Origin: Geosiphon pyriformis uo1
Taxonomy: Eukaryota; Fungi; Glomeromycota
Assembly: GCA_016748015.1 (NCBI GenBank)
Contig: JAAOMT010000445.1
Coordinates: forward strand, 310,001 to 374,000
DNA length: 64,000 nt
Reading direction: 5' to 3'
In this document: piece by piece, positions 49,047-63,100 of the stretch
How positions within the stretch are numbered: the first letter of the stretch is position 1
Layout: every line of letters begins with the position of its first letter
Notes under the pieces: generated by a model
What the model was told of the DNA's origin: nothing
The model's database searches: none
Seen by the model: the letters and a program-made list of their open reading frames with translations, nothing else
Position numbers and translations under genes: made by a program

Positions 49047-52000
49047 TTGTTTTTAGTTTATATCAATATTTCTTTATCTAATAATAACTCATTTTTCGTG
49101 AATATGGAGACTACTGCAAATAACATCATGTCTAAGAAGAAGGCACCTAAGGGTGTTTTTCATGGTCTTGCTAGTGGTTTCTTTTCTCAGAAAAAGAAGA
49201 TTGTTCTTGATAATGTTAAACACTTTGGTAATAAAAGAAACATATTTTTAAGTAAATTTGGACCTGATAATAATATATATTCTAATGTGAAAAGTCTATC
49301 TGGTAATGATAAGGATGTTAGCATATCTGGTGTGAATAATAAGTTTCTTTTGGACTCAGCTGCTACCACACCCAAGGCAAAGTAAATTAATACTGGTGCT
49401 GTTTTTGGTTCTCCACTTGGTTTTTCCAATTTCCATATGGATAATAATGAAGTTGTTCTCCCTTCTTGCTTGCCTATCTCTCTTGACAAGAAATGGATTG
49501 ACTCAAAAATTATTAAAACTCCTATGGAAGTATCAGTTAAGAAGTTGTTTGCTTTGAATATTAATCTCTTAGCTGTAGAAAGAAAATCAACAACAGCAAA
49601 AACTCAGTTGATCAGAAAAATTTTTTCATTAGTCAATGATTTTGGGAGGGCCATTACCTTTTCAAAATTTGAGGAGATCATCAGATCTATCTTCACTTTA
49701 AAAAAAAGCATAGAAATGACCATGTCATTGGCCAGAAAAAAGAGATCAATGTAAACAGTAATCTTAAGAGACAAGAAATAAGGTCAAATTAGGCCGTGGT
49801 AATTAAGGAAATTCCCATGAATACACCTAAAAACATGATCATTGTCACAGTATTTGAATTTGGAGAAATTAAGTCAATCAAAATTCAATTAGTTGAAATG
49901 TGGCAAAAAGCTGTGATGAAGTTTGCTAAATTAGATTAAGCTAATCTGTTAACCTCAAAGTGGTTATTCCTGATTGAGAAAAATTTTGTGCATGTAACCA
50001 AAGCTGTAAAAGATCATGAGATTTGGGTATTTAGGGATTGGTTTAGGGTGTTTTTGTTTACTTTGTCAGTAGGTACAACAGCACATGATTTTAGAACTCT
50101 TTTGGAAGGGGCTGGTAAGAAAACTTGTGTTATAAACAGATTTATAGAAACTGGCAATAAGATTTGCTGTGCTGTGGTTGGTTTTGACTCTAATAATGAT
50201 CTGGAATCTGCCTTTTACATAAAGCCGATTCTTGGTGGTGTTAAACTTTTTTGGACAAAGATAGATCTGGTTTGGTGTGAAAAATATGAGAGGTTTGGTC
50301 ATTTTGCTTTGGAATGTAATGCTCCAGATGCATTCACTTTTAAGCCTTCAAAAATATTTAAAAGAGTTGCATCTGATGAACATCATTTTCAATTGACAAA
50401 GTTGTATGAGAAAAAAAGTGTTCTGATATCTCGCTCTGCTGCCTTTGGTGGCAAATCTTGGGCCCAGGTGGTCTCACTTGTTGGTTTTTCTGATGGTCTT
50501 TGCTTCACTTCTGGTTCTGATTCCTCTTTCTCTAACACCTCAGGTTTGAATAGTGGTATCCCTTTTGTTTTGGCTGGTAACTCATCTTTGGATGCTTGTT
50601 TGGCCTCTTTGGAACAATCCTTAAAGCTATTAACTGACCAAGTTTCTGACATTGTGTGCAAGCTTAGCAACATAGAATTGGTGCCATGAGTTCCATCTCC
50701 CTTTTCTACAGTCTTGGCTATTTTGATTGCCACCAAAGAGAATTTGGCTTTAGATATGATTGTGGATGGTCCTGATTTGGTGCTTTCATCCTCTTTTTCT
50801 GCTTTTCCTAATGTTTCAACTTTGGGTTTAAGTAGTTCAAAAGTCTTGATGATCAAGGTTGGCAGTTTGGAATCTAAGTTGGTGGTTTTTGAGGCTTCTA
50901 TTGGTTTAGTTTTGACAAAGTTAGATTATTTGTGTACTGGTTCGGGTCTTTTGTTATCCTTTTTATCTTAATAAGTGGTTTGGTTTAAAAAATTGCTACT
51001 TGCAATGTTAAAGAAATGAACAATCCTGCAAAACAGGATAATATTGTTCATTGACACAGAGACATGGACAATTTAGTTTCTATTTTTACAGAATCAAAGT
51101 TAAAAGAGAAGGTTTGCTTTTGGATTGTCAACAAATTTGGTGGTATGCAGGTGTTTACCTCTGGTTTGGAATCTGGGCATTTAGGTGCTAGTGTTATAAT
51201 TGTCATAAACTCTTCTTTGGCAAAACATGTGTGCAAGATTTTGGAAGTGCCTGGTCAGCTCCTGTCTATCAAGTTGTTTTTTAAGAATAAACTTTCAGTG
51301 TCAATTTTGGGGCTTTACACTGGTGTTTCTTTGGCAGTTCAGTTTTCTCAGGCTAGTAATGTCAACTCTCTTATTGCAAAGGCTGTCAATGAATCTTTTT
51401 TCATCATTTTTAGTGGTGATTTTAATGAGAACAGTTCTCATAAGTGTGCAAGTTTCAAAAGATGCCTTGATTTGGGACTAGTTAATTTCTTGGTTGGCAG
51501 CCTGACTGTGAAGGAACATATTTGGGTGAATTCTAGAGGTGTCATAAAAACAATTGATTATGTGTTTGTTTTCCCAAATCTGGTTAATATGATAGTACAT
51601 TGCGATATTTCGGAAATTGGTGAGCATTTTGACATAGATCACTGATCTGTTTTTGTGTCTGTGAGTTTGGAAGGATTTTTGGATACACTGTTGAACTCTT
51701 TTTACAAGCAAGTAAATAGGAATTGATGGAAGTTTGAGTTCAAGGGTGCCAATGAGACTAAATGGAATGATTTTAAAAACATCATATTGACCAATACAAC
51801 AATGCTCTTAGATGAATTTGCCATCTCTGTGAAGTACTCAGATTTGGATGTGATGTAAGATATTGTTTACAAGATAATAGTTCTCTTAGCTAATGAGGTG
51901 TTTAAGAGAAAATAGTTCAAGAGCTTTAATGATGTCTTTACCAAGAAATTTTTAAGATTTCATAAGTTGAAGCTTTTGGTTTTTAGGATTGTTAAGGCAT

Positions 52001-55000
52001 CACATGAAGAGAATGTTGTGAATTTTGATTCTCTTATAAGATGTTGGATTTTTTTGGACAATGTTAAGGCTTCAGTCATTTAAAATGTAGTGGACTCTGG
52101 TGCTGGCTCTGATCATATTTGCTTTGTTTTCTTTGGTGCTAAAAAGTCTTATTGCGCTGCCAAGCTTGTTGAATCTTTGAAAGCTAAGGAAGTGAACATC
52201 AGATCTGCTATTGATAAGAGAATGGAAAGCTTTAAGATTAATAAAGATCATATGATTAGAAGTGTGCTGGAGTGTCCATTTCACAAGGTGGTATTTGATC
52301 ATCTGGTAGTTAATGATAAATTGATTTTGGAATCTGATTTGGTTAAGTTTAAAGTAGATGTGATCATAAAGGATTGGATTAGAAAATGTAGAGTGGTAGA
52401 TGATATTTCTGGTAACTGGCATTATCAATATTAACCTTTGGAGTATGTATTTGATGAAGTTTTTTCTGGTGTTATGTGTTTGATTGAATTTGATGAATTG
52501 TTTGAGATGGTTTCTAATTTGTCTGATGGCAAGGCTGCTGGTCTTTCGGGTATATTAAATGAGCTTTGAAAGCATTGTGATAAGACAGTCTTGGATATGC
52601 TTTTGGCACTTTTAAATTCTTGTTTGTCTGGTGAATTAGTGCCCAGTTCTTGGAAGAAGGCTTGGGTCTTGATGATTTTCAAACCATATGAATGGGAGAG
52701 TGTTCTAATGAATACTTATCCTATTGTTTTAATCGAAATGGCTTGTAAGATTCTTACTGACAGAATTTCTTTAACATGTAGCATTTTTAATGTTCTTCAT
52801 GGGAATAATTTTTCAGTTTTGAAGAGTATAATGACTCAGTCTCCCATTTTTGCAATTGGTTCAGTTATTGAAGATGCTTTGGAAAAGAACCAGAAACTAT
52901 AACTAGTTTTGCAAGACATACAAAAAGCATATAATTCAGTTGGCTGGAAGCATCTTGAGAAAAGTTTGGTCAGAATTAAAATGTGTGGCAAATTCATTTG
53001 ATTTTTTAGTAGTATTCATAGAGATTATACCAACCAAGTTATGACAGATTTTAGTTTGACAGATAGTTATTATATACACAATGGTCTGGACCAAAGAGAG
53101 ATATTTTTTTTTCTTCTGTAATGCATATTTTATGATCTTCTATTGTGTGAAGTCAAGCATCAAGAGAGTATGTGTAGATATAGGTTGAATTCTTATTTTA
53201 TTTTCAAAAGTGGTCATGCTGAATCTCAGGCTAAACTTTCTTTTTTTTTGTTGCTAGCATTTTTGTTAATAATATAATTTGGGTTGGTAGCAGTCAGAGT
53301 GTTATTCAACATATTCTCAATGTTGCTAGTGAATTTTTTCAGATCAATGACATTTTAATCAATAATAACAAAATGGTGGTCATTCTTATTAATAACAAAG
53401 TCAGCAATTCTTCTTTTTCTATTAATAGCTCACTAATCTCTATTGCCAAAAAAGATGAATTTCATTAGTATTTGGATATTTTTCTTTTAATTGAAGGTCT
53501 CTTGAAGCTTAGTTTGGCCAAAGCAAATTCAGACATTTATTTTTTCATCAATTTGGTTTTTAAAAAAGCTATCTTGAATAAGCAGCTCTTGTATTTGGTA
53601 TCAGCAGTTTTCCATCCTATAGTTGGCTATAGAACACAGTTTAGCTTTGTTTCTGTTGACATGTGCAACAAGTAAGACACTCTGATTCATAAGGGCTTGA
53701 AACTTAAATCTGGTCTACTACTCAATTTTTTTAGTAATACAATTTACTACCCTTTCTTTTATGGTTTGAAATCTTTCTTACAAGTTCAGTCTAAAAGTAA
53801 AGTTGCTTCCCTTGTTAGTTTTATAAACTCTGATGGAGTCTTGGGTCACTTGTTTTCTCACAGGTCTTATAACTTGCAAGTTCTGTGTTGGCACTCTGAT
53901 CATCCATTGAGTTTTTCTGTTCATATTTGTGTCAGTGCTTCTAATAACTTTCTGGCAAACATGGTTTGTATTCTTTTTAATTGCAATTTGTCTCTGGGTG
54001 GCTTTTTGGCCAGTTTTTTTTGGTTTCGTGGTGGGATTTCCATGTTTGCTGTTCTGGACAAGTCTAAATTTCTCAAGTTTCTCTTTTCTCTTTGTCAGTA
54101 TGGCATAGTCTTTGTAAATCAACTTTGTAATAGTCATAGCACTGTTTTTAATTGGTATACTTTTAAGCAGTAGAAGAGACTGAACTCTTATGGCTCTGTT
54201 CCTAAGTGGTTTAAGATTTCTGCAATGTTTCTTGATAGTGAGGCTTCTTCTGCTTATTCTTTGGTTTCGAGTGAAGTTTGTCCTTTGAACATTCTTAATT
54301 CTGGTAATTTTGCATCTGTTTGCAACTGTTTTTCTCAAATTGGTTCTGATAGTTTATTTGTATATATGGATAAATTTTTAAAGAATCTGGGCACAGTTGA
54401 TTATAAAGCTGGCATTGCTGCTTTTTTTGAGGACATTAATTTGGGTTTAAGAGTTAGTATATTGGATATGATGTTGTCAATTATGGCAGAATTGCAGGCT
54501 ATTGTGTTGGCTCTGAAGTGTGTTTTACTATCTAGCTCTGTTTACTTGTTTTCAGATAGTCAATCTGCTTTGGATGCTTATAAGTCAGAGTTGGGTCTGG
54601 TGTATCCTGATTTTCACAATCAGTGTTAGGTTTAGTGTCAGCATATTGTTAATGTTATTTGTAGTAAAAATTTAAGAGTTAGTTGGCACAAGATAAAGAA
54701 TCACTCTGGTATTTCAGAGAATTAGCATACTAACATGATTGCTGGTGCTGCCTCTCTTTCTGGTTGGCATTTTTCTTCTTGCTTAGATAAACACTTTATA
54801 GTGGCTGATGGTAGTATTGTTTCTGACAATTTCAGACATTTTGTTCATGATGTTTATTGTTCTATTTGTTATGTATGCTGAGAGATTGGTTTTGGTTCCA
54901 AGTTTTTGACAGATAATTTGCTTTATGAGGTTGACTGGCTCTGCTCATTGCTGGTATGACATCCTGATTTGCATATGGCTGCTGGTTTTACCAGCAGGCT

Positions 55001-55402
55001 CTCGACTAGTACACATATTTATTTTATGAAAGCCTTATATTATTGGCTGTTTGTTGCTATTTGGAAGTGTCTTTATGACAAATGTTATTTTAGTGTGTTG
55101 TATTTGTATTGTAATAATGTGAAGGTGTCAGATCATGTGTTTTTTTGTGAGGTCAATGATTTTACTAGGCATCAAATATTGAACTCCCACATGGCTTCAT
55201 GAAAGGCTCTTTTTGGTTTCTCTTACTTCTTTTCAAGTATACTGCAACTGTTGTCATCTTGTGTTTCTGATTTCTCTGTATTCATAGCTCTTTATAAGGG
55301 TTTTGTTTTTGATAGTTGGTTTTAGAAGGCCATTTCCATCTTCTATGATCCCAAAGTTGCCAGTTTGGAGATTGTCAAATTTGTGCACTTTCTTGGTCTT
55401 AC
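49047..55402 (+). mobile_element. Degenerate LINE retrotransposon: ORF1 (RRM + CCHC), ORF2 APE endonuclease - reverse transcriptase - RNase H; cut at 55402 by an LTR element
   Basis: MSKKKAPKG ORF1; KIATCNV/ESKLK/SGDFNE/TIDY (APE); KAAGLSG, WKKAWV, PIVLIE, LQDIQKAYNSV (RT); AELQAI, FSDSQSAL, KIKNHSG (RNase H); many stops and frameshifts. 5' edge approximate. Confidence 0.92.
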
Positions 55403-56268
55403 TGTTACTCATAAAAAGAAAACAGATATAGGAAAATAGTAGACCAATAAGCAAATAGTATATAGTATATAAGCACATTGCTTAGCAATGTAGAGCAATG
55501 ATAGAAATTATGGCACATTGCTCAGCAATGTGGAGCAATGTCAGAAAACACGGCACATTGTTTAGCAATGTGGAGCGATGTTAGAAAATTAGGGCACATT
55601 GCTTAACAATATGAGCATTGCTCAAGAAATCATAGCACATTGCTCGGAAATGTGAGCAATCTTGTAGAATATCAATTATGTATATATAGTGGTAGTGGTA
55701 GAAGTAAAAAGAGTAGAATCCTTTAGTTAGAAATCTTTCATCCACAAATATCAAATAAATAAATCATTCACCATCTAAATCCACTCTTCATTATCAACAT
55801 TTTATGTTGATAGTAATTGATACTTAACCACACTAGAACAATAGCTCTTGATCATGACTATTGACAGATACTAACTTGCACATTGTCTTGGCTTATTTTT
55901 TTATTTTTCTTTTATTTTTTTTTTCTTGATTTTATTGTTGTATACTAACTGATTAAGGATTAAAAGCACTGAGTAATTAATGTTACAGATAGCCTGGTAA
56001 AAGACCCAGAAATAAGAGTAAAATTATATATATATTAACAGATAACTTACCAGAATAAACTGGCCACCAAGCTGAAAACAGAAATTGAGAACACAACTCA
56101 TCAACCAACTACTTTGTCATTGAATCTCTGTTCATTATACAAAAGACTCAACACTAAAAAATCTTCAAATACAACCAATATATCAATAATACTAGCATTG
56201 TCAAGATATTGAGCACCAAGTTACAGATTTGTTATTTAATTTGAGACCCCAAATAATCATCTGTAATA
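55403..56268 (+). repeat. 5' LTR of Ty3/Gypsy element A
   Basis: Starts TGTTAC, ends TGTAATA (decayed TGTAACA); homologous to 59290-60112; followed by PBS TGGTGCTTTCTGTGA at 56271. Confidence 0.88.
55473..55660. repeat. Array of five ~40 bp palindromic units in LTR A (four units at 59359-59505 in LTR B)
   Basis: GCACATTGCT(C/T)AGCAATGTG units at 55473, 55513, 55553, 55594, 55635. Confidence 0.92.
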
Positions 56269-59200
56269 TTTGGTGCTTTCTGTGAAATATAATTCTACAG
56301 AAAACCAGCACCAACAACACCCATCCAAACAGTGGCAGAATCCGAAGAAACAGAGACAAACCATTTAGAATTTGTGAAATCCTTATTCCAATACTACTGT
56401 TAACATTTAAAATTAACTGACAACCACTTATCAGCAGAATCAGCTTTCAATTTCTATGTCCATGAGAGAATCTCATATTTACTAAGAGTATCAGTAGAAA
56501 CCAACTCAGCCAGAGAAAACTTCTACAATGAATTAATCCAGAATACCAGCCTATTAACAAATTACAATTTCACAGCAATCCTCACTGAAATCAATAAAGA
56601 AATTGAAATTTACACTCAACAAAAATATCCAATTATCTATGCAAACAAAGGCAAAGGAAAATTACAAACACCAACAGTAACATCTCAAAGAATACAACCA
56701 CCCACTTAAAAGAAAACAAGAGTTGAATCACCAATTAATCCATCATACCATTATACATCTGGAAGTGCCATCAATATTACAGGTGCAGCCACATCAAACA
56801 TAACATCAACCTTTGAATAATTTCCATTTCAGAGTAAACAAAGGAAAAAAAATCTTCTAGGACCATACAGTACATATTTTGAAGGATTTAAGTCTTAATT
56901 GCCTATGCTATCAGGACTCTGATCTCCACTACCCCAACCAGATTTCGAAACCACAAGTCTCTGAAAAGTAACAGAATCAGAAAAAAACCAAGAAAAAAAG
57001 AAAGAAGAATCTGAAGATCAAGAATTTACTTATCAGAATCTAATCACTAAAATTTCAGAAATTGAAACCCCGAACTTTCAGACTCAGCAAAATCTAAATT
57101 TAAAAAAATCCGGAAATTGAAACTCTGAATTTTCAAATACAGCACAATCAAAACAATCAAAACCTTGATCTAATTAATCAACCAGACTTACTTCCCATTA
57201 TCATCATTAACCCACCACCAGTTGAACTGATTGGCCAGCCACTACAACAACCACACCAGCAGATTCAACAGCCACTAGTACCACTTCAACAACCATCACA
57301 ATCCAACTTAAATCCGATAGCATATGCACTAATAGCCAAACTCAAAAAATTTACTGGCAAAGAGGACAACACCCAAGTATGGCTAAATAATGTGGAGAAA
57401 GCCATTGCAGCTAATGAATGGAATGATGCCAGAGCCATACAAGCCATCCCATATTTTCTCCAAGATACTGCTGATTCATGGTATCAAAACATAGTCAACA
57501 AACTCCAAGATTTTAATGCATTTAAGATTGAGTTCTTAAAATACTTCAGCAACAATAACAGCATTAACAGACTAGCAAACACCTTCACTACCATCAAACA
57601 AAGAAAAAATGAAGCAGTCACTACTTACTTAGGACACTTCTATAGGAATTTGCACCAGATCCAAGCCATCAACACCAATTATTTTACAGTGGCTCAGATC
57701 CTAAATCAGTTTATTTACGGATTACACAGCAGCATCCTGCAATACATACATCCAATGCATTCCATTGATCTGCAAGCAGCCATCACAAATGCCAGAGATT
57801 TTGAAGCCGCTGAATTAAAAGCCAACCATGCCCAAGCAGTTAATCTAGTAATGAATAGATCATTTGAATTGGATTCCAAATTAAAACAATTTAGTGATTC
57901 CATCAATTAGAAATTAGAGGGATACTTAGTTAACAATCATGTAATTTATCAACCACCACAATGACACAATAATTCTGGAAATGCAAATCACTTCCAAAAT
58001 CAGTTGTGTCCATTATCATTGACCAATTAACAGTGACAACAGAAAATGTGTGTTTGCTACTATTGTAATAGACAAGGACACCTACAAATCAATTGCCATC
58101 ATCACTTAAATAACCAACAATTAGGAAATTAATATCAAAACCCTGATTACCGGTTTTAAATTCTGAATAACCTACCAAACTCAAAACCATATCATCAGAA
58201 TTACTTACTTATGACGCAGCAGCCACCTTATCAACCACCAGTATATCAAATGCCAATTTATCAACTGACAACACCTGCAATTTATCAGCCACAGCCACAA
58301 CCCATTTATCAGCCACAGTTTCAAGTAATTTATCAACCCCAACAAATTCAAACACCACTACAGAACTTACCTCAAAATAGAACCCAAAGGCCAAGATTGA
58401 TCCAACAAAGCTGAAGATTGTTAATGGTAGTCCACCAACTAATCCCCAGTTTTTCCACACAACCCGCAGGATCTCAACAATGGAATTTGGGCACTGGGTA
58501 CACCCAAAACCCAAATTTCCAGAACTATTTAAGTTTACTGGTCACCCCAGAAGATGTCCAACCCAATAACCCAGAAACCAACTAACACCCAACACTTATC
58601 AGCAATATTTCGCCAGCTATTATTACTGAGAACAAATCACTAGATGTCATCTTCCCATTTGAACTATAAAAAACTGTTGACCACACCATTATTTAGTGAA
58701 GCCACTCTGAAAGAAAAACCAATAACCGCCATATATACTAATGCAAAAGTTGATGGCCATGCCATCAAACTGATCTTAGATAGTAGATCAGCTGGCAGTA
58801 TCATCACATGACAACTCATGGACCAATTAGGTCACCAAGTTGATCACACTGCTAGTGTGCACATAATTACTGCTGATGGAGTGACTAAAACTCCAATTGG
58901 CGAAATCAATAACTTCCTTTTTGAAGTCAATGGCATCATTACTTCCATCAAAGTCCTAGTGATAAAAGCAACCCAATATTAAGCATTGGTAGGCAATGAT
59001 TAATTATCCAAAACTAATGCCATACTTGATTGGACCACTCAAGAATTACAACTCAGTCAAAATGGTCAACACACACATATATCAGCCATGTGTGGCCATT
59101 TCAAGACTACCAACTCAACAACACCACTTATTGAATTCGAGGAAAAGGAAAAGAAATCTACCTGAGAAGCCTATCAAGTGTCATGGGCTGAAGCAAATCA

Positions 59201-59289
59201 CAACAAACTGCTGCTAATACTATCATAAAACAAGCCAGGAAAAGAAAAACAAAAGGAAAAACTCACTTGGGAAACTGACAATTTAACAT

Positions 59290-60112
59290 TGTTACTCATA
59301 AAAAAAAAACAGATATAGAAAATAGCAGACCAATAAGAGAATAGTATTTAGCACATGAGCACATTGCTCAACAATGTGGAGCAATATCAGAAAACATGGC
59401 ACATTGCTTAGCAATGTGGAGCAATATTAGAAAATTAGAGCACATTGCTCAACAATGTGAGCATTGCTCAAGAAATCATAACACATTGCTCGGAAATGTG
59501 AGTGATCTTATAAAATATCAATTATGTATATATAACAGTAGCATTAGAAGTAAAAAAAGCAGAATCTTTTAGTTAGAAATTTCCTATTCACAAATATTGA
59601 AAAATAAATTATTTATCATCCAAATTTATTCTTCACTATCAACACTCCATGTTGATAGCAATTGATACTTAACCATACTGGAACAATAGCTCTTGATCAC
59701 AGCTATTGATGGATACAAACTTGCGTATTGTTTTGGCTCATTTCTCTATGTTATTTCTTTATTTTTTTGTCTTAATTGTTGTTATTACTAACTCTATTGA
59801 GGATTAACGCATGGGGTACTGACATCAGGATATAGCACTGGTAAAAGACCCAAAAATAAGGGTAGAACACTTGATTGAGGTTAGCTTACCAGAAGAAACA
59901 CCAGCCATTACGCTGAGAAAAAAATTGACAAAACTGTGGTTTTGGAAAGCTATGGATAAAACTATTATCACTAAATCTCTGTCCATTATACAAAGAACTC
60001 AACCAAAACCTTCAGATAAACACACCTTCAGATTTCCATCATCGACACCAGCTTTGAGCACCAAGTTACAGGTTTGTTATTTACTTCAACAACCAAATAA
60101 TTACTTGTAACA
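59290..60112 (+). repeat. 5' LTR of Ty3/Gypsy element B
   Basis: Perfect TGTTAC...GTAACA ends; PBS TGGTGCTCTCTGTGAGG at 60115, complementary to a tRNA 3' end ...CCTCACAGAGAGCACCA (elongator tRNA-Met-like). Confidence 0.92.
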
Positions 60113-63100
60113 TTTGGTGCTCTCTGTGAGGTATAATCTTACAAAGAACCAGTACCAACAAATAAATCAACAGTGGCAGAATCAGAAAGTATAGGAGCAA
60201 ACCATTTAGGATTCGTGAAATCCTTATTTCAACACTGCTGTCAACACTTAGGATTGAACCACAACCAGATATCAGCAGAATCAGCTTTCAATTTCTACAT
60301 TAACAAAAGAATTGCCTATTTGTTAGAAACACCAATAAACACTAAATCAGTAAGAGAAACTTTTTATCACAAATTAATCCAAAACACCAGCTTATCAACA
60401 AATTATAACTTTGCATTCATCATCACTGAAATTAATAAGGAAATTGAACATCACACACAACAAAAATACACAATTACTTATGCAAGTAAAGACAAAGGAA
60501 AATTACAAACACTGGCAGTAACACCTCAACAGATCCAACCATCCACTTGGAAGAAACACAGAATTGAATCACCTACAAATCCATCATATCATTATACTTC
60601 TAAAAGTGTCATTAATATTACATCAGCAAATGTGTCTACATTAAACGTGACATCAACATTTGGATGATTTCTATTTCAAAGTAAACAAAGGAAAGAAGAT
60701 CTATTAGGACCATATAGCATGTACTTCAAGGGATTTAAATCGAAATCATTAATACCATTAGGAGTTCGATCACCACCACCTCAACCAGACTTCAGAATTA
60801 CTGATCCATAAAAATCAACCAAATTGGAAAAAGAACAAAAAAAAAAAGAGGAAAAAAAATTTGAAGATCAAGAATTCACTTACCAGAACCTGATTACTGA
60901 AAACCTGAATATAAAAACCCCAAATTTTCAGACTCAGCAAGATTAAAATCTAGAAAATCCAGAAATTGAAATTCCACCAAATCAGAATGACCAAAACCCC
61001 AACTTAATTAATCAACAAAACTTACCTCTGAATATTGTCATCAATTAGCCACCAATTGAACTGATTATTGAACCAATTCAACAGCAGCAAATATCTTTTC
61101 AACAGCCATCACTACAGCAACTTATTCAGCAACCGGTTCAGCAACCACAACAACAGCTTCAACTACCAATACAACAACAGCAACTGATCATGCCAATGGT
61201 TTTTGCACCAATTGCAAAACTTGAGAAGTTCACTAGTGAAGAAAATAACGTTCAGACATGGATCAATGATGTCGCTAAAGCCATTACTGCAAATAATTGG
61301 GATGACACAAAAACAATACAAGTCATTCCATATTTTCTAAAAAATACCACCAACTTATGGTATTATAGCTTGGCCCAGAAACCCCAAAATTTTAATGCAT
61401 TTAAAACAGAATTTCTAAGATATTTTAGTAATAATAACAGCATCAACCACCTGGCAAGTACTTTCACCACCCAAAAACAAGGGGATACAGAAGCAGTCAC
61501 CACCTACTTGGGATGCTTTTACAGAAATCTGCACCAAATTCAAGCTATTAAGCTGATTACTTTACAGTGCCACAAATCTTAAATCAGTTCATCAGAGGCT
61601 TATACAGCAGCATACTCCAACAAGTATGTCCGATGCATCCAGTAGACCTTTCTACCACAGTCACTCATGCTAGAGATTTTGAAACTACTGAGTTAGAAGC
61701 CAATCATGCTCAAACTGTGAATTTAGTAATGAATGGATCATCTGACTTGGATTCTAAACTGAAACAATTTAGTAATTCCATTAATCAGAAATTAGAGGGA
61801 TACTTAGCTGACAATCACCCAATTTATTAGCCTCCTTAATGATGTAATAATTAGAGAAATGCAAATTGTTTCCAAAATCAGTCACGTCTATCATCATTAA
61901 CAAATCAGCCATGGCAACAAAAAACACGAATTTGCCATAACTGTGGTAAACAAGGTTACCTTAGAGCCAATTGCCGTGCTTATAGTAACCCATAATCGGG
62001 AAATCAATATTGAAATCCCAATTACCGGTTCTCAACTCCAAATCATTATTCGAATCAAAATCAATATCAATTTATTTACCTACCAATAATGCTACCACTA
62101 ATCTATCAAACACCAATATATCAACCTCAAATATATCAACTGCAACCACCCATAATATATCAACCACAGCCACAAATAGTCTATTAACCACAACAATCAA
62201 TTCAAACACTGCCACAAAACCCAGCTACAATAACATCTGGAAACCCCAGATTCAGAGTAACCCAAAACTGGAGATCGGCGATGGTGGTTTACCAACTGAT
62301 CCTCAGTTCAACAAATCAACTATCAAGATCATGCCAGCAGAGTTCAAGAACTGGGTATAACCAAAACCTGAGTTCTCAGAACTACTTAAGTCTTCTGGTT
62401 ACCCTAGAAGATGTGGCATCCAGCAAACAGAAAACCAATCAGAAGCCACTTATCTGCAACATTTCACCAGCTGCCAGCACCAAAGACAAATCACTTGCTG
62501 CCATATTCCCATTTAAACTTGAGGAAATTATGTCAGTTCTATTGTTCAGTAGAGCTATTCTAGACACCAAACCAATAACCACAATGTATACTGATGTCAA
62601 AGTTGATGGTTAGTATATTAAACTGATCCTAGATAGTAGATCAACTGGCAGCATTATCACCAAACAACTCATGGATCAATTAAGTTGCCGAGTTGACAGA
62701 GCTGCCAGCGCAAAAATTATCACAGCTGATGGAGCAACCAAAACTTCTATTGGTGAGATTGATGACTTTTCTTTTGAAGTCAATGGCATTATAGTCCTTA
62801 TCAAAGTTTTGATAATGGAAGCTACTCAATACCAAGCACTAATTGGTAATAACTGGCTCACTAAGACAAACACCATCTTTGATTGGACAATGCAAGAGCT
62901 CTAACTCAGCCAAAATAGCTAACATACATGTGTACCAGCCATGTGTGGCCACTTCAAGACTATCAACACACCAGCACCACTCATCAAGTTTGAGGAAGAA
63001 GAGGAAAAACCTACCTGGGAAGCCTATCAAGTCTTGTGAACTAACAACTACCACCAATACTCTCCTGAGATGACAACAATAATAAAAAAAGAAAACAAAG

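Larger units (their letters stand above)
55403..59289 (+). mobile_element. Degenerate Ty3/Gypsy element A (LTR, gag, CCHC, protease), interrupted by element B
   Basis: Retrotrans_gag VWLNNVEKAIAANEWNDARAIQAIPYFLQDTADSWY, knuckle CYYCNRQGHLQINC, protease KLILDS(R)SAGSII. Confidence 0.88.

Noticed and set aside
55473-55660. CRISPR-like look of palindromic repeats with short variable spacers
   Set aside because: Spacers are related to each other, the array is inside a eukaryotic LTR and recurs in the second LTR, and there are no cas genes.
55403-60112. Single complete LTR element bounded by the two LTRs
   Set aside because: The second LTR is followed by PBS and gag, there is no RT/integrase between the LTRs, and the coding region is cut mid-pol.
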